From Candidatus Wukongarchaeum yapensis (lineage in GTDB: Archaea; Asgardarchaeota; Wukongarchaeia; Wukongarchaeales; Wukongarchaeaceae), in NCBI GenBank assembly GCA_016840425.1, contig JAEOSI010000004.1:1-26044 (forward strand): a stretch of 26,044 nucleotides of DNA. Direction: 5' to 3'. Below are positions 25,001 to 26,044 of this stretch, piece after piece. Each line of letters begins with the position of its first letter. The first letter of the stretch is position 1. The notes under the pieces were generated by a model. It did no database searches, was not told where the DNA came from, and saw only the letters and a list, made by a program, of their open reading frames with translations. The translations under genes were made by a program, and so were the position numbers.

Positions 25001-25585
25001 ATCCTTTTTTCCATCATTTGTAACATCCGTAACTGTTTCAATACTCCAAGTAATCGGTTCTTTTTCCTCTGGAAATTCCTCATCTTCACCGTATGTTTCT
25101 ATTGTGGGTTTAAAAGACCAAATAGTTTTCCCAGTTTCTGGCTCAAAACATTGAACATTTGGCTCTTTTTGGCTCGTACTTGAAACAACAATATCAATAA
25201 CAGCACCATAGTTGTTAACATCGTCCAACTCTGCAATATCAGACACACTTCCTGGCATTTTATAGTTCATGGTTATTGAGCCAGTTTTGTAATCAAGCAA
25301 GCTCACTCCCTCATCAGTTCCTACGACTATAACGTCTTCTACGCCATCGCTATCACTATCAAATATGAGGGGTGTTACGGTAGGAGTGCCAGCTACCCCT
25401 ATTCCTGCCGAATATACAATGCTTTCGAGCGAATTAGAATCGTAAACCTGATTTTCCCCTCTCTCTCCGGAGGAAATAGGAATTTCTTGACCTGAAATTA
25501 AAGCTACTTGGCTTGAAATTAAAACGATTAATAGAAAAACCGTTAATCCTGCCTTTTTCATTTTAAAGGGATTAAAACCACCCAT
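22100..25585 (-). CDS. Secreted, C-terminally membrane-anchored FG-GAP/PQQ-like beta-propeller repeat protein with Ig-like domain
   Basis: Signal peptide MKKAGLTVFLLIVLISSQVALISG (alternative ATG 25561); about 13 D-x-[DTN]-x-D-G-x-x-D-[ILV] type motifs; PQQ-like G...W blades; beta-sandwich VTITTPTDG..HVVKVKTRD; TM ILMLIITIGVIVIFSLLLLV; basic tail. Confidence 0.9.
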   Translation of the reverse strand: MGGFNPFKMKKAGLTVFLLIVLISSQVALISGQEIPISSGERGENQVYDSNSLESIVYSAGIGVAGTPTVTPLIFDSDSDGVEDVIVVGTDEGVSLLDYKTGSITMNYKMPGSVSDIAELDDVNNYGAVIDIVVSSTSQKEPNVQCFEPETGKTIWSFKPTIETYGEDEEFPEEKEPITWSIETVTDVTNDGKKDVVIASWYMVYLLDGATGEEKWMWEEAEDDCWSIKALGDNALVVTSQDGYLYSIDLSTGETKWSFEARKTEKISGDEIINETASFWNVEVVYRGGGQTDPVIVAAADDGYVYFLEENGNLITDVSIIPSPEATEETEGYEPRLLVFPLQSDFDDDGLNDIAARSFLARNNKAAILSSNGQTIASGEIREIGDGVNLGSFTNTIGEKLLLWPYGGQGDYEQINIYKVQTGVGGEPELEENTTISFQTRPSSWWYGEDEAVYINVINDTQALLVCDTGAFLINPQSNVIIWSNIKENKVQTMLMGDVTGDDVSELLVTTKSRIEWEEWQNITRTILVINGANGQVIWSNTTNHDLYLQTGGYWSVTPTPDVTGDGNPDITAYIKEWPRGGGFPINDTVYVFNGATGEVVWSEPVIFPPYSSNDEIRSSCVVEDLNADNFADILVSGSSTWWYGGGETSYIYLFSGENGLLLSNKTFTSENNRGIYLYSLDKVSDGSLDLLLVEWSDWWPYTAKIHAANDLTPTSFWANNSANFTDDTTIDWTTDLQNLVWTVLGSDYYIELGRDPSMYILFTQDLGVDGIKDLAIRADSPTNRGYVFISSSTGTNTGLQVTKVTWSQEAFWGFDFDLVVDDLTGDGFPDSIVYHRWYYGDIPPYLTVIDGFSNEEITVYQFDRSWSYEGRDSDQYLKILPATVISDKDGDGIKDLVIGVSQSYYQGAEIKVFSLEGGTDKEISTTTIEKLFKPSWERSPEYSAVYSVINIGDVSGSSSDEIAIVRPYIPVTTDDHTDIEDTKRMTEIVDTNSLDVVKSFPIETSDLINIGDVNGDTDPEILLSSAKGMFCLNSAFQVTITTPTDGKSVGSKFNLEWTFNSEGADTSALITEVFVDDVSHGSTSEKNMEVEIGSGGEHVVKVKTRDPFGGVTASTISIKTPGSILMLIITIGVIVIFSLLLLVKKQLLLKKRKTKLEKRS

Positions 25586-25759
25586 TTACATCAAACCCTC
25601 TTAACGCTTTCCTACCCTAGAGAGGTAAAACAGGCAAAAAAAGAAATATCAGAGAAATAACGCTTTCTGAAGGATTGACGAATGAACCTCATTAAAAATT
25701 TGACATCAATTGCATTCGGGGAAATTGTTAAGCCGATTTTACTTTTACAACGGACTTAC

Positions 25760-25793
25760 ACTGTTTTAATCGTCATTTATAAAACAGTTTTGG
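25760..25793 (-). promoter_or_regulatory. Candidate promoter of the surface-protein/ABC operon, overlapped by a 9-bp inverted repeat
   Basis: Minus strand reads CCAAAACTG-TTTTATAAA (BRE-TATA-like). Inverted repeat ACTGTTTTA-N11-TAAAACAGT at 25760-25788. Confidence 0.5.
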
Positions 25794-26044
25794 TCTTTTT
25801 CATTAATAAAAATTGTGTGCAAGATATGTAAAAAAAATAAAAATTGAAATAGTACTACAAAGGCAGAAAGGGCGAAAAAAGCCTGACATTAAAAGACAGT
25901 TTTTGGATGAAAGTTCACATTGTTTAGATTATTTCTGGTTTTTTTTTGTAAGATTTCTGTATTCTATCTTTAGAAGTTCATATATTTTTTTGAGAAATTG
26001 ATTACAGGGATAAGCCGTTTTCCAGAATTCCTTAATCGATGTTA

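Noticed and set aside
25813-26001. 62-aa ORF at the window end
   Set aside because: GTG start without an RBS, K/F-biased composition typical of AT-rich intergenic DNA.
1-26044. Genome-wide reassignment of TAG
   Set aside because: TAG terminates six conserved genes at their expected lengths (eL19, secY, eL34, eL14, hemK, MBL hydrolase).

Overview
Archaeal chromosomal window; the strongly Sec61alpha-like SecY suggests a TACK/Asgard-type lineage, but that placement is inference. 1-9350 (+): distal half of the conserved ribosomal superoperon (eL32, eL19, uL18, uS5, uL30, uL15, secY, adkA, DUF106/Oxa1-family, eL34, cmk, eL14, cbf5). 9396-11447 (-): a two-gene, locally GC-richer islet encoding a GrpB-family protein and a phytoene-dehydrogenase-like FAD oxidoreductase interrupted by a single in-frame TAG. 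11662-17178 (+): pus10, eL21, rpo4, DUF655, ksgA, HemK/PrmC-like methyltransferase and an MBL-fold hydrolase. 17205-19634 (-): valS. 19948-25585 (-): a three-gene accessory operon encoding a 1161-aa secreted, C-terminally anchored protein (about 13 FG-GAP/DxDxDG-type repeats, PQQ-like blades, an Ig-like domain) followed by an ABC-2-type ATPase and permease. No tRNA, rRNA, CRISPR array or IS element was seen. The most notable items are the integrin-alpha-like surface protein/ABC operon, the in-frame amber codon, a ~95-aa acidic tail on eL32, and a sawtooth G>C to C>G composition gradient that appears to follow transcription direction. Family calls come from motif recognition and base counts are by hand; no database search was run.
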